The notes under the pieces: model-generated
What the model was told of the DNA's origin: nothing
Seen by the model: the letters and a program-made list of their open reading frames with translations, nothing else
The model's database searches: none
Source of the DNA: Candidatus Eiseniibacteriota bacterium
GTDB taxonomy: Bacteria > Eisenbacteria > RBG-16-71-46
NCBI GenBank assembly: GCA_031366795.1
Contig: JANLOX010000329.1
Coordinates: 1-27,018, forward strand
DNA length: 27,018 nucleotides
Direction of reading: 5' to 3'
In this document: in pieces, positions 9,888 through 18,900 of the stretch
Layout: the number at the start of each line of letters is the position of its first letter
Position numbering within the stretch: position 1 is the stretch's first letter
Translations under genes and position numbers: made by a program

Positions 9888-12800
9888 CAAAAGAACGCCC
9901 GCAGTTCGGCGCGGCCTGTGACGACCGTGCGCTGTCCCGCGCGCTCGATCACGCCGACGGTGGCACTCGCGGTGCTCGACACCCGCACCCGATAGTCCAG
10001 CCGCCCCGAGGCATCCCAGCGCGCGGGCCCCGCGGGGTCGCGCGAAGGCAGTAGCGAGACGGGCGGCGCTCCGCCGATGAACCCGCGGCGCAGGCTCAAT
10101 TCAGCGTGCCCCTTGGCGCTGATGTCGAAGCCCACGTCGGGGCCTATGCGCAGCGTGCGCGTCCGCTCACGCGCTCCCTGCGCGCGCGACCACACCGCTT
10201 CAGCGGCCGCCACGGTCCGCAGGCGCGCGCCCGGCGTCACGATCAGTTGGCTGGTGAGGCTCGATTCCTCGAGCGTCTGGCCGCGCGAGGCGCCGCCACT
10301 GACCACCTGGTCCGCCGCCTCGCGCCGCAATGCCCCTTCGAGTTCCGTGGTCACCGCCCTGCCCGGACGCGTGCGCCAGCGCAACGCGGCGCTGCGGCGG
10401 TCCAGCGTCTGGGCGAAGTTCTGGAACGCGCGATCCGCGCTGAGCTGCCGCTCGAGCCTGAACCTGAGCGCCATCGCCTTCGCTCCCGGCGCCAGTTCCG
10501 TCTCGAATCGCTGCCGCAGCGACGCGCGCGCGAATGCCACATCGTGGAGCACCACGCCGGGAGCAACCCACGGATCCATCACGGCGAGATCCCCGCGACG
10601 CCGCGTTTCGCTTTCGAAGTCGAAGCCCGCGCGTGAGCCGCGCCACACCGGGGAGGGCGCGAATTCCCATCCCACGTGGGCGCTCGTTGTCGCACGGCTG
10701 ATGCGATCGAATTGCGGTGAGACCACGATCACGACCGTGTAGTCGCCCGTGCCGACGAAATTACCGAGCGCGTCGTAGGAACCGGCACCGGTGCCCACGA
10801 GCACGACGCGGCGTTCGCGCCGGCTCTCACCGTCACCCGAGATCTCGAGATCCACGTTGCCGCGCAGCCCCGTGCGCTTCTGCTCCGCGCGCAGCCGCAG
10901 GCCACCCAACTCGCTGCGCGTGCGCACTGGGGCGGCCAGCGGCTCCAGCGCCCTGTGCTCGAGCCGCACTTCACCGCCCCACGCGGACTGTTCGGGCGAG
11001 CGCAGGCTGCCCCGCACGACGCGCGTCTCGCCCTGGTCCGAGAAACCACCGCTCGTCGCGAGGGCATCGCGGCGCAACTCGTAGCCGGCGCTCGCGTGCC
11101 AAAGCAGGCCCTCGCTGCTCGCGAGTTCGAGCCCCGCGGATCGCGTGCGCGTGCCCGAAGCGAGCGAGTCGGTGGGTGCGCGGCGCGCATCGGACTCGAG
11201 CGTCACCACGGGCTCGACCCACTTCATGCGCAACGCCGTGCGCAGACTCATGCGCTCGCGGCCGCCATCAGGATTGCGCGAGCCGGGATCGCGGCCATGC
11301 GCCCACGCGTAAGTGGCGCGCGTGGCGAGGCGTCCATCGCGGCGGTAATTTGCCTCACGCCGGTCCGCATCGAACCCGGAGGGCGTCGTGAGTCGCCCCA
11401 ACGTGCCACTCAGCTCACCCATCGTCGGCGAGCCGACATAGGCGTCGACACCACCCTCGCGCCGGCGGTCGAGGTCGGCCGCGCGCGCGAGGCCCCATCG
11501 TTCGCCTTCGAATGCGTCGCTGAGCCGTTCGAATGGTACGAACCGCCGCTCGACGCCACGGCCGGTCACCACGAGCCCCGCACGACTGAGCCAACCGCCA
11601 CGGTGCGTGGTCTCAAGACCAATGCGTGCCCGCGCGCCCCCGCCGACATTGTTTCCGTCATCCCGGGGCGAAAAGGTGTTCGCGTCGAATCGGGACACCG
11701 CCCCCTCCGCTTCCGCGCTCAAGACGCCGGCGTGTACGCCGCCACCGAGCTGAACCAATTGGTGGCTCTGCGGCAAAGCGAGCGCGCGCCCGAGGCGATA
11801 GGCGCCGAGGTTCGGGCCGACGTAGCGATAGGCGGTGCCCGCGGCGACGGGATACGGCGCGTAGTCACCGTTGCCTTCGCCGACATTGGCGAAGGGTACG
11901 GTGAAACGTCCCGCGGCGGGGCCTACATAGACGTACGTAAGCACGCCGGGTCCGACGCGCGTCGTATCGTAGTCGCCGCCGGCGGCGGTGACTTCCGGGA
12001 CGAGGGCGCGCGACGCCGAATCCCCGGCGAAGCTGAGTGCCGCGATGTCCAGGGCGCTCAGCGTGCCGGCCGTCGGCTTGCCGCGGTCATCGGATTCACT
12101 GACGAGCCCCGAATACACGAAGGCGTTCGGGCTGCCGATCCGGCCACTCGCCGACACGAGGCGGCGCTGGTATTGACTGGTCGCGCGCTGGAATTGCACC
12201 GCGACGCGTGAGCTGGCGGTGATCGAGCGGCGATTGGTGAAGGTGATGCGCCCGGCGTCGTAATCCATCGCATAGTCCGCGCTCTCACCGCGGCTCATGC
12301 GTTCGCCGTCGAGCGTGACGATTTCGCTGCCGCGTACGACTGCCGTAGCGAGGTCGAGCCCCTCGAGCGCATAAGGGCCTTGGAACCCCTCGGTGCCGAG
12401 GAATTCGATGCGGCGGTACTCGCCCGGCGCACTCGCCGCCGCCAACCGGAACGCTTGCGCGCCGTGCTGGTAGCCGGCGTTGACGCCCTGCAGGTGCCGG
12501 CGGACGCGGCCAAACTCGCCCTGCTCGATGGCGACGTCGACATCGCCGAGCTGCACGGTCGTGGTCGCCGACTTGAGCTCGAGCAGCACGCGGTCGAGTG
12601 CCTGCAGGTCGCGCGTACTGCCCTCCGCCGAGAGGGGCGTGTTGCGGTCCGACAGCACGCCCGTCAATTCGACGCCGGGCGCCACACTCCCGCTGACCGT
12701 CAGGTCGAGCGACTGGCGCAGGAAGGCGTCCTGGTTCGAACCGAAGTCGATCGCCAGCGACTTGCTACCCGAGACCGCGAGGTTGACGCCCGGGACATCG

Positions 12801-13249
12801 CCGAAGCGGTTGCTCGATACGCCGGGGCGCGGTGAGACGCGCTGCGCTGTGTCCGCGGAGGTGGCGGCGACGGCGCCAGGGGGACGCAGCTCGAGGCGGT
12901 AGCGATCGAGCGGTGGCGCATCGATCAGGCCGCACGCGGTGACCCACACGGTGTCGCCGGGCAGCGGGTCGTGCAGCAGCCGCAGTTCTCCGCGCAGGAA
13001 GTCGAACACATAGTCGGCGCCCGCGTGCCACGCCACACCGCGCGAGACCACGCGCTCACTCCCCGCGCGCAGGAAGGTGCGTGGCAGCCGGTAGACGAGC
13101 GCGTCCTGGCGCATCACCACCGCCATGGTGCCGCACGAAGGGTCCTCGGTGGGGCGTGCGTCCGTGGCCGTCATAGCACCCGCGATCGCGACGACCACCA
13201 TCACACCCGCCGCATGTCCCGCGGCGCTCCACGCCGCATGCCATGCCAC
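9887..13249 (-). CDS. Large (~1120 aa) exported, probably outer-membrane beta-rich protein with SprA-like motifs; function unknown
   Basis: Long ORF filling the gap between neighbours. Segments SGSKSLAIDFGSNQD...LDLTVSG...LSDRNTPL...EG and GTEGFQGPY...GSEIVTLDG...DYAMDYDAGRITF recall a conserved FCB-group hypothetical family. Many amphipathic strands; ends LRAFF. Start uncertain (GTG 13249 chosen, just after the upstream stop). Confidence 0.7.
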   Translation of the reverse strand: MAWHAAWSAAGHAAGVMVVVAIAGAMTATDARPTEDPSCGTMAVVMRQDALVYRLPRTFLRAGSERVVSRGVAWHAGADYVFDFLRGELRLLHDPLPGDTVWVTACGLIDAPPLDRYRLELRPPGAVAATSADTAQRVSPRPGVSSNRFGDVPGVNLAVSGSKSLAIDFGSNQDAFLRQSLDLTVSGSVAPGVELTGVLSDRNTPLSAEGSTRDLQALDRVLLELKSATTTVQLGDVDVAIEQGEFGRVRRHLQGVNAGYQHGAQAFRLAAASAPGEYRRIEFLGTEGFQGPYALEGLDLATAVVRGSEIVTLDGERMSRGESADYAMDYDAGRITFTNRRSITASSRVAVQFQRATSQYQRRLVSASGRIGSPNAFVYSGLVSESDDRGKPTAGTLSALDIAALSFAGDSASRALVPEVTAAGGDYDTTRVGPGVLTYVYVGPAAGRFTVPFANVGEGNGDYAPYPVAAGTAYRYVGPNLGAYRLGRALALPQSHQLVQLGGGVHAGVLSAEAEGAVSRFDANTFSPRDDGNNVGGGARARIGLETTHRGGWLSRAGLVVTGRGVERRFVPFERLSDAFEGERWGLARAADLDRRREGGVDAYVGSPTMGELSGTLGRLTTPSGFDADRREANYRRDGRLATRATYAWAHGRDPGSRNPDGGRERMSLRTALRMKWVEPVVTLESDARRAPTDSLASGTRTRSAGLELASSEGLLWHASAGYELRRDALATSGGFSDQGETRVVRGSLRSPEQSAWGGEVRLEHRALEPLAAPVRTRSELGGLRLRAEQKRTGLRGNVDLEISGDGESRRERRVVLVGTGAGSYDALGNFVGTGDYTVVIVVSPQFDRISRATTSAHVGWEFAPSPVWRGSRAGFDFESETRRRGDLAVMDPWVAPGVVLHDVAFARASLRQRFETELAPGAKAMALRFRLERQLSADRAFQNFAQTLDRRSAALRWRTRPGRAVTTELEGALRREAADQVVSGGASRGQTLEESSLTSQLIVTPGARLRTVAAAEAVWSRAQGARERTRTLRIGPDVGFDISAKGHAELSLRRGFIGGAPPVSLLPSRDPAGPARWDASGRLDYRVRVSSTASATVGVIERAGQRTVVTGRAELRAFF

Positions 13250-13257
13250 ACGCGCGC

Positions 13258-14280
13258 TCAGGGTTCCGCCGGGGCGGCCCGGGCGCGGAGTACCAGACGA
13301 ACGAGCCGACGCGAGTTTCTCAGCGCCACCCACAACGCGCCATCGCGCGTGAATACCAGCGCGCTGGCGCCCGCGAGTCCCTCGCGCGCCGCCAACAATT
13401 CCCCGCGCGGGCCGAACAGCCACAGGCGCCCGCTGCGCGGGTCGGCGCAGGCCACCCGCAGGGAGTCGTCCACCGCCAGCGGTAACCGCTCCGAGGCGAC
13501 CGAATCGGGCAAGGGCCACTCGGCGCTCAGGGCGCCCGTGGGCTCGAGCCGCACGATGCGCCCCGGCATGCGCTCGCTCACGAACACCTCACCGCGTCGC
13601 GCCACCGCGACCCCCGCGACACCGCGCAGCCCACCCGCGGTCGAGCCGGGGCCTCCCCACACGCGCGTCAACTCACCCGAGGGCTCGAAGCGCAGGATGC
13701 GATCGCCATCGGCGTCCGCGACGTACAGCGCGCCGCCTTCGTCGGAGGCCAGTGCGATGGGGCGCGCTCGCGATTCGCCGCGCGCCTCGAGCGGCGCATC
13801 GAGCTCGAGTGCATCGCCTTGTGGGTGGCCCTGCAGGTCGTAGCGCACGATGCGGCGGTTCTCCTCGTCGAGCACCGCGACGGCCAGCACACCGGCGGTC
13901 GCCATCGATCCGGGGCGCCTGAGCGTCCCCGCGCCATCGCCGAGGGCGCCGCTTTCACCGAGCCGCGCGCCTTGCGCGTTCAACCGCACCACGCGCCTCA
14001 AGGCAGCGTCGCTCATGTGCAGGCGCCCGAACGAATCGAAGGCCAGCCCCACGGGTTCAACGGGGCGAGCCGGATCATCGCTGAGCTGCGCGAAGCCGCC
14101 AGCGTCGATCAGCTCGAACGGCAGCGCGATGCGCGTTCCCGCGGCAAGCGAGTCGGGCAGGCGCGCCACATTTCCCGCGGCGAGCGAATCACGCGGGTGC
14201 GCTGGAGCGCTCGCAGCCAGCGAGTCAGGCAATGCCGTCACTGCGGTCCACACGGCCAGCGCGAGACAAGCAGCGATCAC
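13258..14280 (-). CDS. Exported NHL-repeat / beta-propeller protein
   Basis: AAGGAGG 6 nt before GTG 14280; signal peptide VIAACLALAVWTAVTA; NHL-type blades PVGLAFDSFGRLHMSD, PIALASDEGGALYVADADGDRILRF, GVAVARRGEVFVSE, LVFTRDGALWVA. Confidence 0.8.
   Translation of the reverse strand: MIAACLALAVWTAVTALPDSLAASAPAHPRDSLAAGNVARLPDSLAAGTRIALPFELIDAGGFAQLSDDPARPVEPVGLAFDSFGRLHMSDAALRRVVRLNAQGARLGESGALGDGAGTLRRPGSMATAGVLAVAVLDEENRRIVRYDLQGHPQGDALELDAPLEARGESRARPIALASDEGGALYVADADGDRILRFEPSGELTRVWGGPGSTAGGLRGVAGVAVARRGEVFVSERMPGRIVRLEPTGALSAEWPLPDSVASERLPLAVDDSLRVACADPRSGRLWLFGPRGELLAAREGLAGASALVFTRDGALWVALRNSRRLVRLVLRARAAPAEP
14147..14234 (-). repeat. Three degenerate copies of a (P/R)DSLAA peptide in the linker after the NHL protein signal peptide
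   Basis: Translation LPDSLAASAPAHPRDSLAAGNVARLPDSLAAG, 12-aa then 12-aa spacing; DNA copies diverge at synonymous sites. Boundaries approximate. Confidence 0.7.
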
Positions 14281-14320
14281 GCCGGGCCTCCTTCGTGAGT
14301 CAGGCTGCGCCTTGCGCGGG

Positions 14321-15148
14321 CTAGAACCGGCGCAGCACGCCGACGCGCATGGCGGTCGGGTCATCATCCAGCGGCTGCATCTGCAGGTGCCACGTCTGCG
14401 CGGTCGTCGTGTCCTTGAGCCGCGCCGCGTGGATGGCGCTCAGCAGCCGGTTGACGACGCCCATGGCCAGGGCCGCGTTGGCGCGCAGCTCCGCCCGCTG
14501 CGAATCCTTGCGCTGACCGCGAAAGCGCAATAACGCTTGCTCGTCCGGCCACGTCCAGACATCGGAGCCCTTGAGCGAGTGTTCGTTGATGTAGGCCTCG
14601 AACGCGGCGGGATCGTTGTAGTAGAGGTTCGCCGCATCGCGCGCCACGACCAGCTGGTTGTACTCGTCGCTGCTCAGGAACGAACCGACGATGCGCTGGA
14701 ATTCCTCATCGCGCGACTTGAGATCGATACCCCCCTGCACCTTCGCGGTGCGGAAGTACGCTTCGCGGCGCAGGCGGTTCTGGATGCGGAACGACGTGTA
14801 GCTGGTCCACACGCCCAACTCGGCGATCGCGAACACCGTCGCCGCGGTGTGATGCCCGGTGGTGAGCTGGCCCCAACCGGGAACGGTCAGCGAGCGCAAC
14901 AGCACACGTGCGCGCTCGGCCGAGAGCACGACGACGGGCTTGGCGGGTTCGGCCGGTGCTTCGGCGGCCTTCGGTTTGCGCTTGAACAGGAAGGCCGTCG
15001 GTTCGGGCGCCGGGGAATCGAGCGGCAGCGCGAGCGCGGATCCCAGCGAGCCCTCGAGCGACACAGGCTGCGTAGCGGCACACGCAGTGTGGGCCATGAG
15101 CGCCGTGGCACCGCACCACAACACGAGCAACAATCGTCGTCCGCTCAC
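14321..15148 (-). CDS. Exported hypothetical protein, DUF5683-like (paralog B)
   Basis: Signal peptide MSGRRLLLVLWCGATALMAHTACA; RSLTVPGWGQLTTG; NRLLSAIHAAR; ends MRVGVLRRF. GTG start abuts the upstream TAG. Confidence 0.65.
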   Translation of the reverse strand: MSGRRLLLVLWCGATALMAHTACAATQPVSLEGSLGSALALPLDSPAPEPTAFLFKRKPKAAEAPAEPAKPVVVLSAERARVLLRSLTVPGWGQLTTGHHTAATVFAIAELGVWTSYTSFRIQNRLRREAYFRTAKVQGGIDLKSRDEEFQRIVGSFLSSDEYNQLVVARDAANLYYNDPAAFEAYINEHSLKGSDVWTWPDEQALLRFRGQRKDSQRAELRANAALAMGVVNRLLSAIHAARLKDTTTAQTWHLQMQPLDDDPTAMRVGVLRRF

Positions 15149-15943
15149 CTAGAAGCTCCTTCGCAGCGTTGCGCGCAGGGTCGGCGAACCATGCCGCCAG
15201 CCGCTGGCCAGGCCGAGCCTGGTGCCGGACCCAAGCGCCACGTTGTTGAGTCGCGCCGCACGCAGCGCATCGACAGCCGAAACGATGTGATTGATCCATA
15301 GCGCCGTGCCGCTGTAACGGCTGAAGCGCAAACGATCATCCGCGACCTGCCGCAGGTCGGTGAACGGCGTGCGCGTCGCCGTCGCATTGCCCGACCACCC
15401 CGACAATAAACCCGGGTCGTGCGCGATGCGATCGTAGAACACATTACGGTCGTGATCGTAGAGCGTGCGCAGTTCGCTGGCGTCACCGCTCGTGGCGCCC
15501 TCCCACCGCGTGAATGACCAGCGGCTCGAAGGATCGGCCGGTGCGCCCGCATACTCCGCGGCACGGTCGGCAAGTTCTCGTCCGCGCCGCTGGTAGATCC
15601 AGCGGCTCGTCCACCCCGCAGCCTCCGTCAGCGCATAGACCAGCGCGCGCTTTTGGCCCACGTAGGCTTGTCCGGCACCTGGCACCGCGGCCGAGAGCGC
15701 TGCGGCGGAGGCCTCGGAGCGCCAATTCGGGAGATCGATCTCGCGATAGACCGAGTCGTCGGAAAGTCCCCATGAACGCTCGACCTGGCGCTGCATCAAA
15801 ATCGATTGCGGCCGCGACGCGCCGGACACCAGTGCCAGTGCCAGCCGCGGCGACGCCGTCGTCCCCGCCTGCGCCTTGACCGCCGCGGCCATCACACAGC
15901 CGCAGCACAGCGCCAGGGCGACGAGTGGCAGCGCGCGATTCAT
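15149..15943 (-). CDS. Exported hypothetical protein, DUF5683-like (paralog A)
   Basis: ATG 15943 overlaps the protease stop (ATGA); signal peptide MNRALPLVALALCCGCVMAAAVKA; SAAVPGAGQAYVG; NHIVSAVDALRAAR; ends LRATLRRSF. Confidence 0.65.
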   Translation of the reverse strand: MNRALPLVALALCCGCVMAAAVKAQAGTTASPRLALALVSGASRPQSILMQRQVERSWGLSDDSVYREIDLPNWRSEASAAALSAAVPGAGQAYVGQKRALVYALTEAAGWTSRWIYQRRGRELADRAAEYAGAPADPSSRWSFTRWEGATSGDASELRTLYDHDRNVFYDRIAHDPGLLSGWSGNATATRTPFTDLRQVADDRLRFSRYSGTALWINHIVSAVDALRAARLNNVALGSGTRLGLASGWRHGSPTLRATLRRSF

Positions 15944-18900
15944 CGCAGCAATCCCAGCGGCACCGTCTCGACCTGACCAGAGGTCACGCCGCTGAAGCGC
16001 AGCCGCGCCATATACAGCCCCGCCGGCAGTGCGCCCGGATCCCACACTTCGAGATTGTCCGCCTGACGCGCCTGGCGCGTGAATCGCGCCACTTCATGGC
16101 CCGAGGTGTCGAGGATGCGGAATTCCACCTCACCCGGTTCGCTCAACCGGTAGGCGAACGTCACCGGCTTGCGGCGCGCGGGATTCGGGTAGGCCTTGAG
16201 GGAGCCATGCACCAGCGGGCCACTTGCGGGCGCTACGACCACGGGTGAACGCGCCGCCGGCAGGCTGCTCGAGCGCTGGGGGTCCCCGCCCAGCATCGGC
16301 CAGGCGACCGAAGCGAGGGCGGTGCTGGAGGTCGGCAGCGAGTAGGCGTAGAGCAGACCGTAGGCATCTGGCACGACGAGTTCGAGGAAGTGGTCGCCGT
16401 CGAGATCGGCGAGCAACGGCGAACCCGTCGCTCCCAGTCCACTCGCCAGCGGCCAACCGTCCGGCTGCTTCCCGGCGGCATCGAAGGCGTCGACGATACC
16501 GCTCGCATTCATCGCGATCGTCTGCGTACGGCCGCCGCGGTCGAGGTCCACCGCCAGGGGAGCCGCCCCCGTGCGGAAGCGCTCGCGTGTGCCGCGCCGC
16601 GGCCAGCCCGGTGAGGGATGGCCATCGACGTTCCAGTAGCTGACGCCCGAGCTGATCGACTGCGCGATCACTTCGGGGAAGCCGTCGCCATCCGGATCAC
16701 CGGCGCCCAGCCCCGCGACGATGGTATCCCCCGTCGCGGTGCCCCACCCCGGAATCGGCACGCCGGAGAAGCAGAAGGCCGACAGCACATCGGCGTTGTG
16801 CACCACGAGACTCAAGGCGCCATTGAAGCAATCGCCACCCGTCGGCGTATTAGTGGTGGAGCTCGTCGGGCGCCCGGAGAAATTGATGAACAAGAAGTCG
16901 GGATTGAAACTGCTCGTCCCCACGTGGATCGGCCAACCAGGGCCCGCGGTCATGCTCGACGGAATGATGACGCCGGAGGCGCGATCGCCTCCCTTCGTCG
17001 CGAGCGCCGCAGCCGAGGGAATATGCTTGAGGATCGTCACATCTCCCGCGGGGCCGCCGGCTGCGATGGCGAAGTAGCTTTCGGCCGCGGGACCGGTCAG
17101 CAATTCCGGATAGACCGCGAGGCGCCCCGTGACCCCACCCGGCAGCGCCGTGGCACTCTGCGCCGCGATGGTGCCGTCGAGCTTGAGCGCGTAAACCTTG
17201 CCGTCCGCACAGCCGACATAGATGAACGTGTCGCCGAACGCGGTGACGAACACGGGTGCGGTCGTGACCTGCGACGGCAGTACCGCCGGCCAACCCGCGA
17301 TCGGCGCTGCGGTGTGGTCGATCAACCACACGCGGCCCGAAACGTTGCTGGTGCTCACGCCACCGGGCAGCGTCGAGAACGCGATCACCGCGGGTCCAGG
17401 CGCCACGGTCCCGATGTCGCGCTGGATCGCCGCGAGTACGGGATTCAACCGCCGTCCCACGTTGCCCACGAACTCCGGCCCCGCGCCCAACAGCCCATTC
17501 CCCGTCGAGCGCACGACCAAAATCGAGGCACTGTCACGGCTCGCCTCGGGCCCGCCGGCCCAGCACACCTCGGGCAGCCGGTCCCCATCGACATCGATCG
17601 CCAGCAACTGCGGGCCGCCTGAGGGGAACGGCATCGGCACCGGCCAGCCCGGCAACTGCCAGGTGCGGAACGCGGCGACGTGCATCGTCGAATCGGGATC
17701 ATCGAGGAAGTCGAGCCGGATGTGCGGCTTCGTGCCGATGTGCGGCGCAAGCCGCGGGCGCGTGCTGTCGCCGAGCGAAGGGTTGTTGCTGTGGAACCAC
17801 GGATCGCGCGGAGCGCCGAGAATGTAGGGCGAATTGCCGTCACCCAGGTCCTGCAGCCCGTCGCCTTCGAGAATCGAGATCGCCAGCCGCGATGGGTTCG
17901 TGTTGAACGCGCAGTCGTGATTGGCGCGCGCGGTGTCGCACGGGAAAGTGAACTCGTTGCTCGGGATCACGCTCTCGTCGATGTGCCAGACCAGCACGCC
18001 GCAGCCGGGTTTGGTGGTGCCGTCGGGGTTCGCGCGCACGGGCAGTAGCGCATCGTATTCGAACGCGTCCGGCTTCTTGGGCCCTAGCACCACGCGGCTG
18101 CTGTCGGCCTGGTCGAGCGACACCGAATCCGACGGGGACAACCAGCGGTTCTCGAGCAGCAGGTATTCGTCGCTCGACATCGACACGCGACGGACGTCCG
18201 GATGCCGCTCGGAATTCTCGATGGCCAGCGTGTCGCCGTAAGCCGCCTCGGGAAAGTGCAACACATCGGTGGCAAAGGCGCGCTGCCACGGATCGATGCT
18301 CGGCGGCAGCAGCCCGGTGGCATAGAGATCCGTGCCGTCCGGCAGGGCGACGATCGAGCCGGCGAGATTACCGCTGTCCATCAGGCTCCACAGCCCAACG
18401 ACCGGGAATCCCGTATCCACGTTGTAGAGATCGACGAAGCCGAAGAACAGGTGCCCGCACTCATGCGCCATCACGCCATTGATGGCGCCGTAATAGCCAT
18501 CCTGGTTGATGTGCTCGGGAATAAGCGTCGCGCGATCAATCGGGAACTTGCGATTCCACACCGTCGAGTCGCGGAAGATCACGACGTCGGTATCCCCAAC
18601 GCCCAGCGTGAACGATGGGATGTCCTCTGCGGAGTTGCGCGAGACGTCGCTCTGCAGGTCGCTGCCCGCGTGGATCAACACGAAGCGGTCGTACTGGTCC
18701 CACGGAATGCGGTCGCCAAGCGCCGTCGACTGCGTGTCCGCGGCGAACATCATGTCGCGGAACATCCTCACCGCGGCGCCATAGATGCTCGTGCTGAACT
18801 TCCAGGGACCGAGATCCGCCATGTCGTTACAGGTGTAGGCGCCACGCTGGTTGCGCGGCCACACATCGCCCACCACGATGGTGCGCCCGTAGGTCTGCGC

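Noticed and set aside
13022..13249. Peptide VAWHA occurring twice near the giant protein N-terminus
   Set aside because: Only five residues in different contexts; probably chance.
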